DNA of 63,663 nt, filler included. It is 13 parts of 13 records of this genome, joined end to end, with 100 filler letters (N's around TTAATTAATTAA, not from the genome) between each part and the next. Parts side by side here need not be neighbours in the genome. Positions count along the whole stretch, not along the records: positions 7,070 to 16,667 come from SRR15195285_3803; positions 16,768 to 20,149 come from SRR15195285_3805; positions 20,250 to 23,360 come from SRR15195285_3814; 10 more parts are not named here. One strand, 5' to 3'. Positions 12,044 to 23,200 of this stretch are shown here, one piece after another (the stretch's first letter is position 1; every line of letters starts with the position of its first letter). The notes below the pieces were generated by a model. The model ran no database searches, was not told where the DNA came from, and saw only the letters and a program-made list of their open reading frames with translations. Both the position numbers and the translations under genes were made by a program.

Positions 12044-14142
12044 ATGGCGCCCAGCCTCTTGCGCGTCATCGGCGCGGGGCTTGGCTGCTGCTTCTGCCTG
12101 ACGCTCTTGCCCTGGTTGCTCAGTCATGATAATGCACCCGCGCCGCCCGACGAGGTTCGGGAGATCGAGGGCTCTCCTGGGTGGCCAGGCCGCGCTACAG
12201 TTGCAGGTACAGGTGCAGCGGGCGCGCCATTGCGGCGGCAGCGGGTGCCACGCATCTTGCACCAGACCTGGAAGACGAGCGACATCCCAGAGGAGCTCAC
12301 CAAGTACACCGCCTCGTGGAGACGGTACAACCCAGACTGGGAGTTTCGCTTCTGGAACGACACGCAGGGCCTGGAGCTGATTGAGCAGCACTACCCGTGG
12401 TTCTATAAGCACATCGGCAAGTTCAAGTCGGGCGTCGAGAAGGCGGACATCATGCGCTACTTCATCCTCTACCACCACGGAGGGGTGTACGCAGACCTGG
12501 ATATGGAATGTCTACGCCCATGGGAGCCGCTGCTGCGCCGGCATGACCAGAGTTTTCAATGCGTGCTTGGCGCCGAGCCACACCAACACGCGCAGAAGCA
12601 AGGATCACGCAACATGCTAGTCTGCAACGCAATGATGTTCTCTGCACCTGGGCACCCATTCTGGGAAGAGGTCTTCAACAAGCTGCTGGATCGCGTGCCA
12701 GAGCTGGGAAACGCAGCTGGCGGGGAGTGGGTCTCGCCGGTAGACACCACTGGGCCGGTGATGCTCACTGAGCTTTACGAGTCACAGCCCACTTCCTACC
12801 GCGACGTGGCGGTTTACCCTTCTGTAGCGTTCTATCCACTCAAAGACAACCACGATAAGTACAAAGCCATCTCAATGGACGAACCCAAGTACCAGCAGTC
12901 CTGGGCAGTGCATCGCTGGCATCACCTTTGGCTGCACGGGAAGCACCACCACCACCACCATGAGAACAGTGGCACAGCTGCAGCTGAAGCGGCTACTTGG
13001 CAGACAGACACTAGTGGAACGAACGGGGATGGTCAGTACCATTCCGTGACAAAGCAGATGTCTCCGACACCCGCTGCCGGCTCAGTGTCAATGTCAAGCT
13101 CGCAACCGCCATTGTTGTTCTGTCAACCAAGGATAGCCCCATCCAGCCTCCATGATATGAACAGCATTGCATATGGGACGTCGACCGTGTCAACAGAGTC
13201 AGACGCAATCGTAAACGTTGGACAGGCATCTACACATAGCGGCGGTACAAACGTAGGCGGTGCAGCATGGTCAGAAGTACTCAAGGTAGATATTTTGGCT
13301 GTTTCACGCAAGAAGCGACACAAGAGTGATAAAAATGGTGAACTTGGTGGGCTTCCCATTGCTCGGCGCGGTAAGGCCGATCTCGGCTCATCCACAACAG
13401 GCAGTGCGACCTTCGCCGTGAATTTCGAGGGCGATGAACTGCTCGCATCAGAGCCGATTGTCTTGGTTCACCCACGCATGCAAAAGGTCTGTCGCTTCTG
13501 TCCCGCAGCATGCACATCGGCAGGCCCGACCATAAGCCATCTTGCCTGATCAGTTTCAGGCTGAATTAACATGGAGCGTGCTCGCAGGGGGGCGATCCGA
13601 GCTGGCAGGACGTCTATGTAGCTGAGGTACAGACTGTTAGTACGAGCGGGTTTACCGTCAATATTGCTCGCCTGGACAAACTAGTAAGTGAACTACACCT
13701 GCCTGCAAATTTCTGCATCAAAGCCGCTGTACCGTGGATGAGGTCTTGCACCGTGAGAGGCGATGCGTGTGTGAATGTGGACTCTCAGGACAATTCGGGA
13801 TGGGGCCAGCAACTTCGACTGGACTACATTGCATTTCCTGAAGGTGCAGGGGGCGGCGAGCATGATCGGTATAGATCAGGGCAGGTGAACGTCGGCAAAT
13901 CACATGACAAAGATGCAGTGCGGATCACCGTGGCATTTGCGAGCCCGTTCACTGATTTGGGGGCGAAGCCGCGGGTTCTATGCTCACCAAACAGCGAATC
14001 CCAACACGATTACACAGATGTGCACGCTGTCGCGGTGCACGAGACCTGGAACGCAGGATTCAATGCAACGGTCAAGCGGGTCGACCGTCTCGGTGAAGGA
14101 TGGGGAAGCAAGCTCATGCTCAATTATGCGGCAGTTCTCTGA
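12044..14142 (+). CDS. GT32 (DXD, OCH1/SUR1-like) glycosyltransferase fused to two H-type-lectin-like domains
   Basis: N-terminal TM anchor, VPRILHQTWK, KADIMRYFILYHHGGVYADLD, NAMMFSAPGHPFW, TGP. Introns 13487-13587 and 13684-13788 give two repeats ending GFTVNIARLD..GWGQQLRLDYIA and GFNATVKRVD..GWGSKLMLNYAA. Confidence 0.85.
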
Positions 14143-14178
14143 AGAGAGAAAATTCCGCAAAATTGCAGATTCGAGCGT

Positions 14179-16189
14179 CTATTGGGAGGCTTCTACTGCT
14201 GCCACCATATTCCTGACAACCATCGCGACAATTAAATCCGGATCCTCAGCTCGTGCTGACGCTGGCGAAGCCGACTGTGCTCCCACCACATCAGACTTGC
14301 TGGGTCTGAGAACAGACTGCGACTGGGTAGCGGCCTCGAGTTCCGCTCCGCTGCCTGCTGCGTCGGTTTCTTTCCCGATGCTTGAGCTGGAAGCTTCCAT
14401 CTCGATAAACTCCGACATGCGCAACAGGCTCATTTCCATGCTAAGGTCCTCATCCTCTATGGTTGATGTCTCCAATAAATTGGAAATGAGGCTCCCTGCA
14501 GCATCCCATCGTCCTGTGCCACCCGCTCTACCCGCCAGCACAGCGGCGAGTTTCGTTTCGCACTCTTTCAACAATTTTTGGAAGAACTTGCGCCCACGCG
14601 TCTCCGCAACCAGCCGTAGCTCTTGGTCCTCAGTCTGGGCCGCTGCGCATCTCGAGCAAATATCCAGCCAGCAGAAACGATGACGTGAGCAAATCGAGAG
14701 GTCTGGTTGTCTTGTGCCTGCAACTGGCGTACATACTCCACACGTGGGTGACGCACCAAATGAGGAAAGCTCGTCATCAAGCACCTTCTCTTTCGCTTGC
14801 TGACGGGCGAGATCTCGGGTCAGGCCTTGTATCTGTCGTTGCAGGGCGTGTCGAGCCTTGGACTCTGTCGCCAAATTACGCTTGGTATCTGCCAGCTAAA
14901 AATTGGAGCACAGCAACATCACCGTCGAATACAGTGTCAGTCTGTGTCAATACAAATATCCAACACAAGGTGGCTCCTCTCTGCCCGTCTGTGTTTCTGG
15001 GCGTTACCTGGTCTTCGAGTTCCTGCCGCTGTTGTGCATGCCTGGCTATTTTCCCTTCCATGTCAAGACATTTGAGCTGGTTTGTTTGCACATCGTCACG
15101 CATGCGTAGGCCGCTTTTGTGACTGAGGTTCTTCATTCCTCGCTCTTGTTTCCACCTGCGGAGGCAGCGATTTCAGCAGCAAGCAACCATGGCACGAATT
15201 GCTGCAACATGCTTCACACGCACTGCGAGGAGCTGAGCGACGCACTTTTGTCTAACACTTTCCAGCTCATCACGGCTCTTCTTTGCTTGCTCACGGCAGT
15301 TCTGCGCCTCCGCCTCTGCTCGATCCTTCGCAGCTTTCAGGAACTTAGCGAGGTCCTCGTGCTGCATTTGCTCTGCCAGCGCCTGCCGTCGGACGTCTTT
15401 GAGCTCCCGTTCCATCGCGGCAAAGCTCTCAGCCATCCGGGCTTTGCTCTGTTCACACTGGGCAACCGCGTGCTCCGCACGCTGCACGTGCTGCTGCGCT
15501 GTATCTAGTTCAGCGAGTAACTGATCGCGCTGCTGGCCCTTAGACTGCTCCTCCATCTCGGCCATTCGCTTCATCGTGCTTACTGTATCGGCCGCATGCT
15601 TTGCACGCCCATCCCACGCTAGACGGTGCCGACGCAGCTTATCCTGCAGTTGCCTCTGTACTGCCTCGGCCGCCTCGGCACGCTCCGCCTCCATCTGTAC
15701 GGACATGTTCGCTTGCTCCAGCTCCTGCATCGTCTGGGCGAGCTTACCCTCGACCTCGTGCAGCCGGTTGGTCTCAGAGCTGAGCGCAGCGCGCAGAATG
15801 TCGGCTACCTGCTCTCCCTCACGCTTCACCTCCGCTATAGCTTCCCGCTCCGCCTCTTCCTCCGGTCCTCGCGGCCCAGTGCGCGTACCCTCCGCGACGC
15901 GGTCGAGCTGCTTGTCGAGGCTGGCCGCGTGTGGGTCGTGTGGATTGACCACCAGTGCTCGCACGAACATTCGCCGTTCCTCTTTACGTAGACCCAGCTG
16001 CCGCAGCTCACGGTCGAGCTTATGGCAAAAGTCCAACGCCGATGCAACGACCACCTCCGACGTCGGCCGGTGGCGTGTGCCGGAACCAATTGTCGCCGGC
16101 AGCAGCAGCGGGGCTGGCGTCGTGCGCACATCGATGTGCTGCAGCGGGCGGCGCGAGTCGACACGCGGCACAGCGATCTTGCTGGCCAT
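14179..16189 (-). CDS. Long coiled-coil protein of unknown function (at least 3 exons)
   Basis: E/Q/A/R-rich heptads. Canonical introns join RQK|WKQERGM and EDQ|LADTKRNL in frame. Confidence 0.7.
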
Positions 16190-17671
16190 ACCTACTGCCC
16201 TCAACGCTCTCGAGTGGGGGTGGCTCTCCCTCAGCGGGGCCTCGGCCGTGCCCCCACAGCCATCGTCGCTCTGTACGCCGTGAGCCCCAGCCGTCTCCGA
16301 TGCGCCGGGCAGCAGTAGCCAGGAGCGCTCTGTGATAGCTTGGTGATCAGGCTCGACTGCGGGTACGGTATCACGGACACGGCGACCAACGGTAGGAACT
16401 GCCTACTCCGCCAGTACATCTAGAGTACTGTTCATAGTTCAATCCCCGTGTAGATCTACAGGACAACATGATATTGAAGAATGCAGTAACCAGTAGGATC
16501 CTACTGGTATGCGCTTGTCGAAGCCCTTTTCGCCAGAAACACAGTGAATCTCGAGCTATTATAGCTGATATACTGTGACTCTGCCTTATCTCTCATCGAA
16601 ATCATTCATTCATGAATGAAAAATGACCGGCCAGAATTTTTTTCTGAGATCAGAACTGATTCGATTTNNNNNNNNNNNNNNNNNNNNNNNNNNNNNNNNN
16701 NNNNNNNNNNNTTAATTAATTAANNNNNNNNNNNNNNNNNNNNNNNNNNNNNNNNNNNNNNNNNNNNGGACGGAGAGTTGGGACAGGCATTGGAATTGCA
16801 TTATGATTTAGTGATACATGTTCAAATGCAATCGAGTGTACATGTACTTGTCCGGACAGTAGTTGTCCGTCCGGACAGCGCGAGTTGCAGATTTACGTAC
16901 AGTGTATAGTACTATTATTCGAATGAGGGCGGGGCTTGCCCCCGCTCGACCCTAGCGGTGTCTGGGCTTCTGTGGCCCCTTCGGGGGTATCCAGCGCGGT
17001 GCACAGTGTAGTGTGCAGTGCTCGGGGTGGGGAGCTGTCCCCCAGGATGTGGTCACTGTCGATCACTCCTGGCGGGGATGGCTCTCCCGCCTCACTCTCT
17101 GTGGTGCCGGTCTCAGCTCCGGCTACATCATCCCCTCGGGGCTGTGGCGTCCGCGCCCAGTCTCGGCCCACGCGTGATAGTTCGCGCAGCTGCGCGGCTT
17201 GCCGTGCGGCTTGCTGTTGTGCTGCAGCAGCTTGCTGTGCCATTTGCTATGTATATCATCAACTTCCATCAACACCCTGGTATACATACATTTATATAGG
17301 CGGTACGCCGTCCTCATTTCGCAGATTGACTTGCAAGTACTATGTACTGGACCGCTCGAAAACCTCGTTTTCGCAAGTTCTGTCCATTCTGCACAAATTG
17401 CTGTCGCTCATTTTTCCCAGAGATCAGACTCGGCGGCGGCGACAGCCTGATCTTCGGATTCCTCGGCGATGGGCAAACTGGGGCTGGCGAGACGGAGGCT
17501 GGTGGCTCGCCGCGATGCTTGTGCTTAGGTGCGTGGTCGAATGTCGCTCGCGCGATAGGGCTTAGGGGTCTCATAGACATACAATGATTGTATACAATGC
17601 TACCGAGGTACATGTACTACTCTTGAGCAAGCAGCGTAGCAGCCGAGGACTAGAATGGTAAAGCAAACAAG

Positions 17672-20149
17672 TTAGGCTTCATCATCACGCTGGAGTTCTA
17701 GAGCCATTGCGCGGTCTCGGATGCTTTGTTCGTCGAGTTGGTGCAGCCTCAGCGCAAGTTCAAAATCGCTCTCGACATGAACAGTCCGGATTCCTTCGCC
17801 ATAGGTGCGTGTAGGACGGCTTGGCCCTGTAGTCTGCCGTGGCGCTGCCACTGTTAGCTCCCTCATTCCTGTACCTGCCTGTACGGGAGGCGTCTGCCGA
17901 TGTCTTCTGCGATGGGACGGCCGTAATTGTGGCTGTCTTGCAAGACCATTTGGCCTACCGTGTAAAGCCAGCGATGATCTCTTTGCTAGCTCAGCTCTGC
18001 TGTCTCTCTGAGAACCTATCGACCTGCTCGGCACAAAGGTGGCCCCTGGTGGAACTATTACTCGCCGCACTTTACGTGTTGTGCCTGTCGCCGCTGTGTT
18101 TGTTTGCTCCATCTCCGCGAAAGTCACGCGCCACCCATGGCGGCCAGGAAGGTTTGCCTGAGCGCGGTTCGCCAAGAACTCGGCCTCGAGGATTGTGTTC
18201 AACGACGGGTCAAACCTACGCCATGAGCCATCATCGTGCTGCCACTCCCAACTGCCAGGCTGTGCGCCACCGCCAACACCCCGGGAACTTTCTGGCGATA
18301 CCGATCTGGCGATCGCAGCAGCGTCTAGGTTCCGTGGCACGTTGCGTGGAACACGCGTCGCAACTGGGGGTTGCATGCTAACCTGCCTCGTGCTGTGCTG
18401 CCAATGTGCAACTGCTGAAAAATGACCAGACTGCAATGCCGACCCGTGTGGCGTAGCTGATGGTCTAGAACAAGGCCCAAGCGGCGTGGATGGTCCGTCG
18501 TCCAGCGATGTGCCGTACCCGGCTTCTGTAGAACTTTCTGAATCTGAAGCGATCTCTCTCCATTTCCAGTCTTCCAGCTTCTCCAGAACACTTGGGCGGC
18601 CACTCTCTCTAGAAGTGGGCCTGCATGGTGGCGGCGTTGCTGGTCTTGCAATTTGCCGCGGCGGAGTTCTTCTACCGTGACTGACTGACGGTGCAGTTTG
18701 CCGCAGCAGAGTTGGAGCGCGACCGGGCGAGTGCGCTTGCTCGAGTCGCAGCGGCAGCCTTGGCCGCGGCCGCGGTGCATCAGCTCTAGGACGCGATGAT
18801 ATAGTTCCACCAATCCTCGGTGGATTACGAGAGGCCGACGCGCAACCAGAGCCACCATCGATACGAAAAACATGGTTGATATCATGGTCCTGCTGAGCTT
18901 CGCAGTCAAGGCACAGCCGGAACTCCACGCAGTGGACGCACTCAAACATCAGTCCTTCTATGGCACTGTTGCATTGTGAACACGTCTTAGGGTCACCTGG
19001 TCCCCACATGTGCGGATGCCCTTGTATCTTCTCTGGCTCGGACAGAGCCGGGGGAAGCCTAACGTTTCCGGCATCTACAATGTATGGTTTCGCGTGGATC
19101 AACGGCATCGAGCACGGTTTCGTACACCTATCAGTGCACAGATTGAAGTCGAACTGACGGCCACAACCATCCTGTCGGTTGCCACCGCCCTTGTCCTGCG
19201 CATCCCGACCACAGGTAATTGTTGAACAACCCTCCAACTTTTGGATAACTTTATCACAGTGTGGACATCGACGACAGTGCGCTGCTTTGTACTGCTCGTC
19301 TTGCAGGTGTTCACGGTGACGCTGTTGCAGTCGAGTGATTTCAGCCTGTCTGTCCTGGAAGCGCTGCTGCGACATCTGAAACTTTTGTTTCTCAATTCCG
19401 ACCTTTTTAAGGTACTGGTCGCGCTGTCTCTGACACCACTCATGCCATGTCGATGTGAGTGAGTCAAGATCCTCGCACTTGCATCCGTGATGGTATGGGT
19501 AGCTTGCACACAGCACACAACTGTTCGTGTGACAGACATCACATTGCATCCGCGGGTCCGCATCATTAGGATCGTTTAGAATACACCCTTTGCACTGATC
19601 TGCACCATGTACGACTGGGCAGCGGTGCTTGTCGTCGTAGAAGCGTTCCTGTGTGACTTCATGGAACTTATCGACCAGAGACATCTTCTTCGTTGGCTCC
19701 TCGCTGTCAAGGATGGCATAGATGTCTCGCTCGTTCAAAATGTAGCCACAGCCAGGATTTGCACACGTAGGACGTTCTCGACCTCTGAGGGCAGTTTCCA
19801 GTCCGTGCAGGCAACCTTCACGGCTAATCCAAACGCACCCTGCATGCTGCCAGCATAGCTCCAATGGAAAGTCCACCCGTGTGATTGGACACTCCGCTAC
19901 CTCACAAACAAGGCTAGCAGCTTCAGATATGGCAAGCCACCGGTGCAAGGTAGGTTCTGCGTTGGTCAAATAGCATTCGTCCGCCCTGGCATCGACATCG
20001 TGTACTGTTGCTTCGCTGGGTTGTCCCGACCCATGTAGTTTGAACCACAAGCGTGCTCCAACTTTCAGACCACTTGCTGCGGCCAGGTTCTCACGCAGTT
20101 GTACACTTGCTTCCTCACGAGCAAAGGCAAGCTTTTCCACAAGCCCACG
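17672..20149 (-). CDS. RBR-type E3 ubiquitin ligase with ZZ finger, WWE domain and C-terminal ubiquitin-binding-like helices; 5'-partial
   Basis: RING1/IBR cysteine clusters. RING2 CPHCDKVIQKLEGCSTITC. ZZ CSQC..FECVHCVEFRLCLDC..DH. WWE WEWQHDDGSWRRFD..TRKVRR. C-terminal SDFELALRL and DRAMALELQ. Confidence 0.85.
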   Translation of the reverse strand, partial: RGLVEKLAFAREEASVQLRENLAAASGLKVGARLWFKLHGSGQPSEATVHDVDARADECYLTNAEPTLHRWLAISEAASLVCEVAECPITRVDFPLELCWQHAGCVWISREGCLHGLETALRGRERPTCANPGCGYILNERDIYAILDSEEPTKKMSLVDKFHEVTQERFYDDKHRCPVVHGADQCKGCILNDPNDADPRMQCDVCHTNSCVLCASYPYHHGCKCEDLDSLTSTWHEWCQRQRDQYLKKVGIEKQKFQMSQQRFQDRQAEITRLQQRHREHLQDEQYKAAHCRRCPHCDKVIQKLEGCSTITCGRDAQDKGGGNRQDGCGRQFDFNLCTDRCTKPCSMPLIHAKPYIVDAGNVRLPPALSEPEKIQGHPHMWGPGDPKTCSQCNSAIEGLMFECVHCVEFRLCLDCEAQQDHDINHVFRIDGGSGCASASRNPPRIGGTISSRPRADAPRPRPRLPLRLEQAHSPGRAPTLLRQTAPSVSHGRRTPPRQIARPATPPPCRPTSRESGRPSVLEKLEDWKWREIASDSESSTEAGYGTSLDDGPSTPLGPCSRPSATPHGSALQSGHFSAVAHWQHSTRQVSMQPPVATRVPRNVPRNLDAAAIARSVSPESSRGVGGGAQPGSWEWQHDDGSWRRFDPSLNTILEAEFLANRAQANLPGRHGWRVTFAEMEQTNTAATGTTRKVRRVIVPPGATFVPSRSIGSQRDSRAELAKRSSLALHGRPNGLARQPQLRPSHRRRHRQTPPVQAGTGMRELTVAAPRQTTGPSRPTRTYGEGIRTVHVESDFELALRLHQLDEQSIRDRAMALELQRDDEA

Positions 20150-20249
20150 NNNNNNNNNNNNNNNNNNNNNNNNNNNNNNNNNNNNNNNNNNNNTTAATTA
20201 ATTAANNNNNNNNNNNNNNNNNNNNNNNNNNNNNNNNNNNNNNNNNNNN

Positions 20250-23200
20250 AGCCGAGTGTCGGGCGGCCATTGAGGCGGACACGAAAACTGTCCCTGAGCT
20301 GGAGCCGGAGCCCGAGCGGGAACCTTGGCCGGATCTTTGGCGTTACCAGGACTCAGGTGACGCCCATGCCGCTGCGACGCGCATCCAGTCTGTGGCTCGA
20401 GGTGCAAGATCGCGCCATCAGCTGATCATGGACATGTTTGATGACCAGCGGTATAACAAGTTGGAGGTGATGATATCTGAAGCTGACATACAGCGTGCAG
20501 TCGCTGTGCTCGGCGAGATTGGAATTTTTGCGGGTATGTCGGAAGCTGAACGCCACGATATTGCCAAAGCTCTTACGCTGGTGCGCTTTAGTGATGGCGA
20601 CGAGATTATCCAGCTGGGGGAGCTCGGTGATGCAATGTATTTCATCAGCGAGGGAGCCGTCCAGCAGATGCAGGACGGTGAGCGTATCATGACCGCTGAG
20701 AGAGGTGATGAAGGGTTCTTCGCAGAGATGGATCTGCTTGGTGGTGGGCGTCACGTGCAAGCCACAGTCGCTGTGGGTGAGACTGAGTGTTTCCGACTGT
20801 CTAAGGATGCCTTAGAGTCAATCGAGCTCGGGGACGATCATGGCTTCAAGGAGAGTCTGGAGCGTCATGCCTCTGCAGTTGTGATTACTCAGCACAGCAC
20901 CCATCACGATCGACGTCATCTCATCAGGGACAAGCTCACCCACCTGGAGCAAGAGCACGCTCAGAGCAACGGGGCTGGTGGGGCTGGAACCGTGGGGCAT
21001 GATGAAGAGGTCGATGCGGCCGCACTCCAGGTGCAACAGATGATGCTAGAGGCCCTGGGCATGACGGGCGAGGCGCTTTCAGAGGACGATAGTGATGGTG
21101 ACGATGAACATGAGCAGACAATGGTGTCTCCACGTGCGTCTGATGCTCTGCAGGTAGAGCTGCGCCATAGCTTCTTGGCATGGGTGCCGCTCTTCAAAGC
21201 GATGACCCCGGCTGAGCTAGATGAGATCGCAGATGCGATGGCGGAGGAAGAGTACGAGTACGAAGACATTGTCGAACAAGGCGACGAAGGTGACTCGCTC
21301 TTCGTGATCCGCAAAGGCACGGCCGTGGTTGAGAAGGATGGCGTAGATGTCGCGACGTACGGTCCGGGCGATTTCTTTGGCGAGCGCGCACTCATTAGTG
21401 GCGAGCCGCGTGGCGCCACTGTGCGCGCAGAGGGTGTTGTCCAGTGCATGCGACTCGGCCGGGAGCCGTTCAAGGAGCTGATGGGCGAGTGTGCTCATGT
21501 GGCGGCGCTGTTCGAGGAGAGCAAGCGCAGCTACGCTGTGGTTCAGATTCAGGCGATCGCGCGCGGATGGCTCGTTCGAGAACGGATTATGGCAGCGCAG
21601 TTTGACTCGGACGATGATAACGACGCGGGCCAGGTCGAGTTGGAAGCGGCTGGACTTGATGGCGACGCGTCAGCACAACCGAGCTCACAAACACGCGGTC
21701 GATGGGGACGAGTCCGCTTCCTGGAAAAAGTACCGCTCATGCAAGCGCTGACAAACACGGAGCTGCGCAAGGTGGCAGATGCGATGGCGACGGAGGAGTA
21801 CGAAGAGGAGGAAATAGTGGTGCAAGGGGAAGACGGCGACTCGCTCTACATCATCGAGAAGGGTCAGGCGGTGGTGGAGAAGGACGGTGTCGTCGTCGCC
21901 ACGTACGGCCCGGGCGAATATTTTGGCGAGATCTCACTCATGACAGGCGAGCCGCGCGGAGCCACAGTGCGCGCGACAGGCGCAGTCGCGTCTCTGCGGC
22001 TTGGCCAGAGTGCGTTCAAGGATTTGATGGGGCAGTGTGACCATGTGGCTGCGCTGTTCAATGAGCAGCAGAAGAAATACCGCCGAATCCAGTCGCGGTG
22101 GAGCAACATCAATGGGCAGACTGGTATATCAGCAAAGCCTACAATGGCGCCACACGCATATCGCGGTCGCCACCGGAGGGCTGTCGCCTCAGATGGGGAG
22201 ACGACAGCAGCAGGCAGTAGCATTCCCGAGAGCGTTCCTCCGGCTGGGCTGTCGATAGATTCAGCGGCGTCAAGCACCGGCTCACTTGATCACGTCCACA
22301 CTGGCGCTGGGAGTTCAGAACAGGAGCAGGAGCAGGAGCAAGGGCTCGAACTGTTCTCCGATGACGTTGTGTACTATCACGACGGCGGCATCGCAAAGAA
22401 GAAGGAGATTGCCGTGCTGTGGGACCATGTCGATGCTGACGGTAGCGGCAGCCTCGATCGTAGTGAGGTTCACACTGTTCTGGTGGAACTTGATCTCGAC
22501 GCCGAGGAGCAGGATGTCGAAGAGGCCATCGCTCAGCTTGACAGCGATGGCAATGGCGAGATCAGCTTCGAGGAGTTTGCAAGCTGGTATCTTACCTATG
22601 CGGACGAGAGTGCATCGCAGGCGACGACGACTGTAGCCAGCTTGACGCGACTAGCGGAAAGCGGCGATATTGACGACGAGACATATATGTGGACAGAGGC
22701 GCTCGGCGACGATTGGATGACCTACGCTGAAGCTAAGGCCCTACTGGGCGACCGCACATTTGACGGGCTCTCGACAAGGCCGAAGGGTGTCGGAGACGAC
22801 GATCAGCACAGCACCACTGAAGAAGCTGTATCAGAAGAAGGTGAACCTGCAGCAAGTGCACCAGCAACATCCATGGACGCTGCCAGCTCGTCTCGACTTG
22901 CCAGCACGGTAGAGCACACGGCGATTGTGCATTACCAAGATGGGGGTGCTTCGAGGATACAGGAGATCCAGGCCCTCTGGAACGAGGTGGATGTTGACCA
23001 AAGTGGCAACCTCGACCGAGATGAGGTACAGGCCGTGCTGACTAAACTTGATATTGCAGATACCGAGGTGGGTGTCGACGCAGCGATCGACACGTTGGAC
23101 AAGAACAAGGACGGCGAGATTGACTTCAACGAGTTTGTGAGCTGGTACCTCCAGTGGGAGAGTGACAGCGGCGGCACCGAACAACACACTGCACAGACCA

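Noticed and set aside
14179-16204. Consecutive ORFs separated by stops, suggesting stop-codon reassignment
   Set aside because: Canonical GT-AG introns restore the frame here and in NCKX, LETM1, the channel and Hsp10. The standard code suffices.
16925-16956. Hairpin followed by CTAG as a Helitron 3' end
   Set aside because: Spacing is short, the next base is C rather than T, and no 5' TC end or Rep/helicase is visible.
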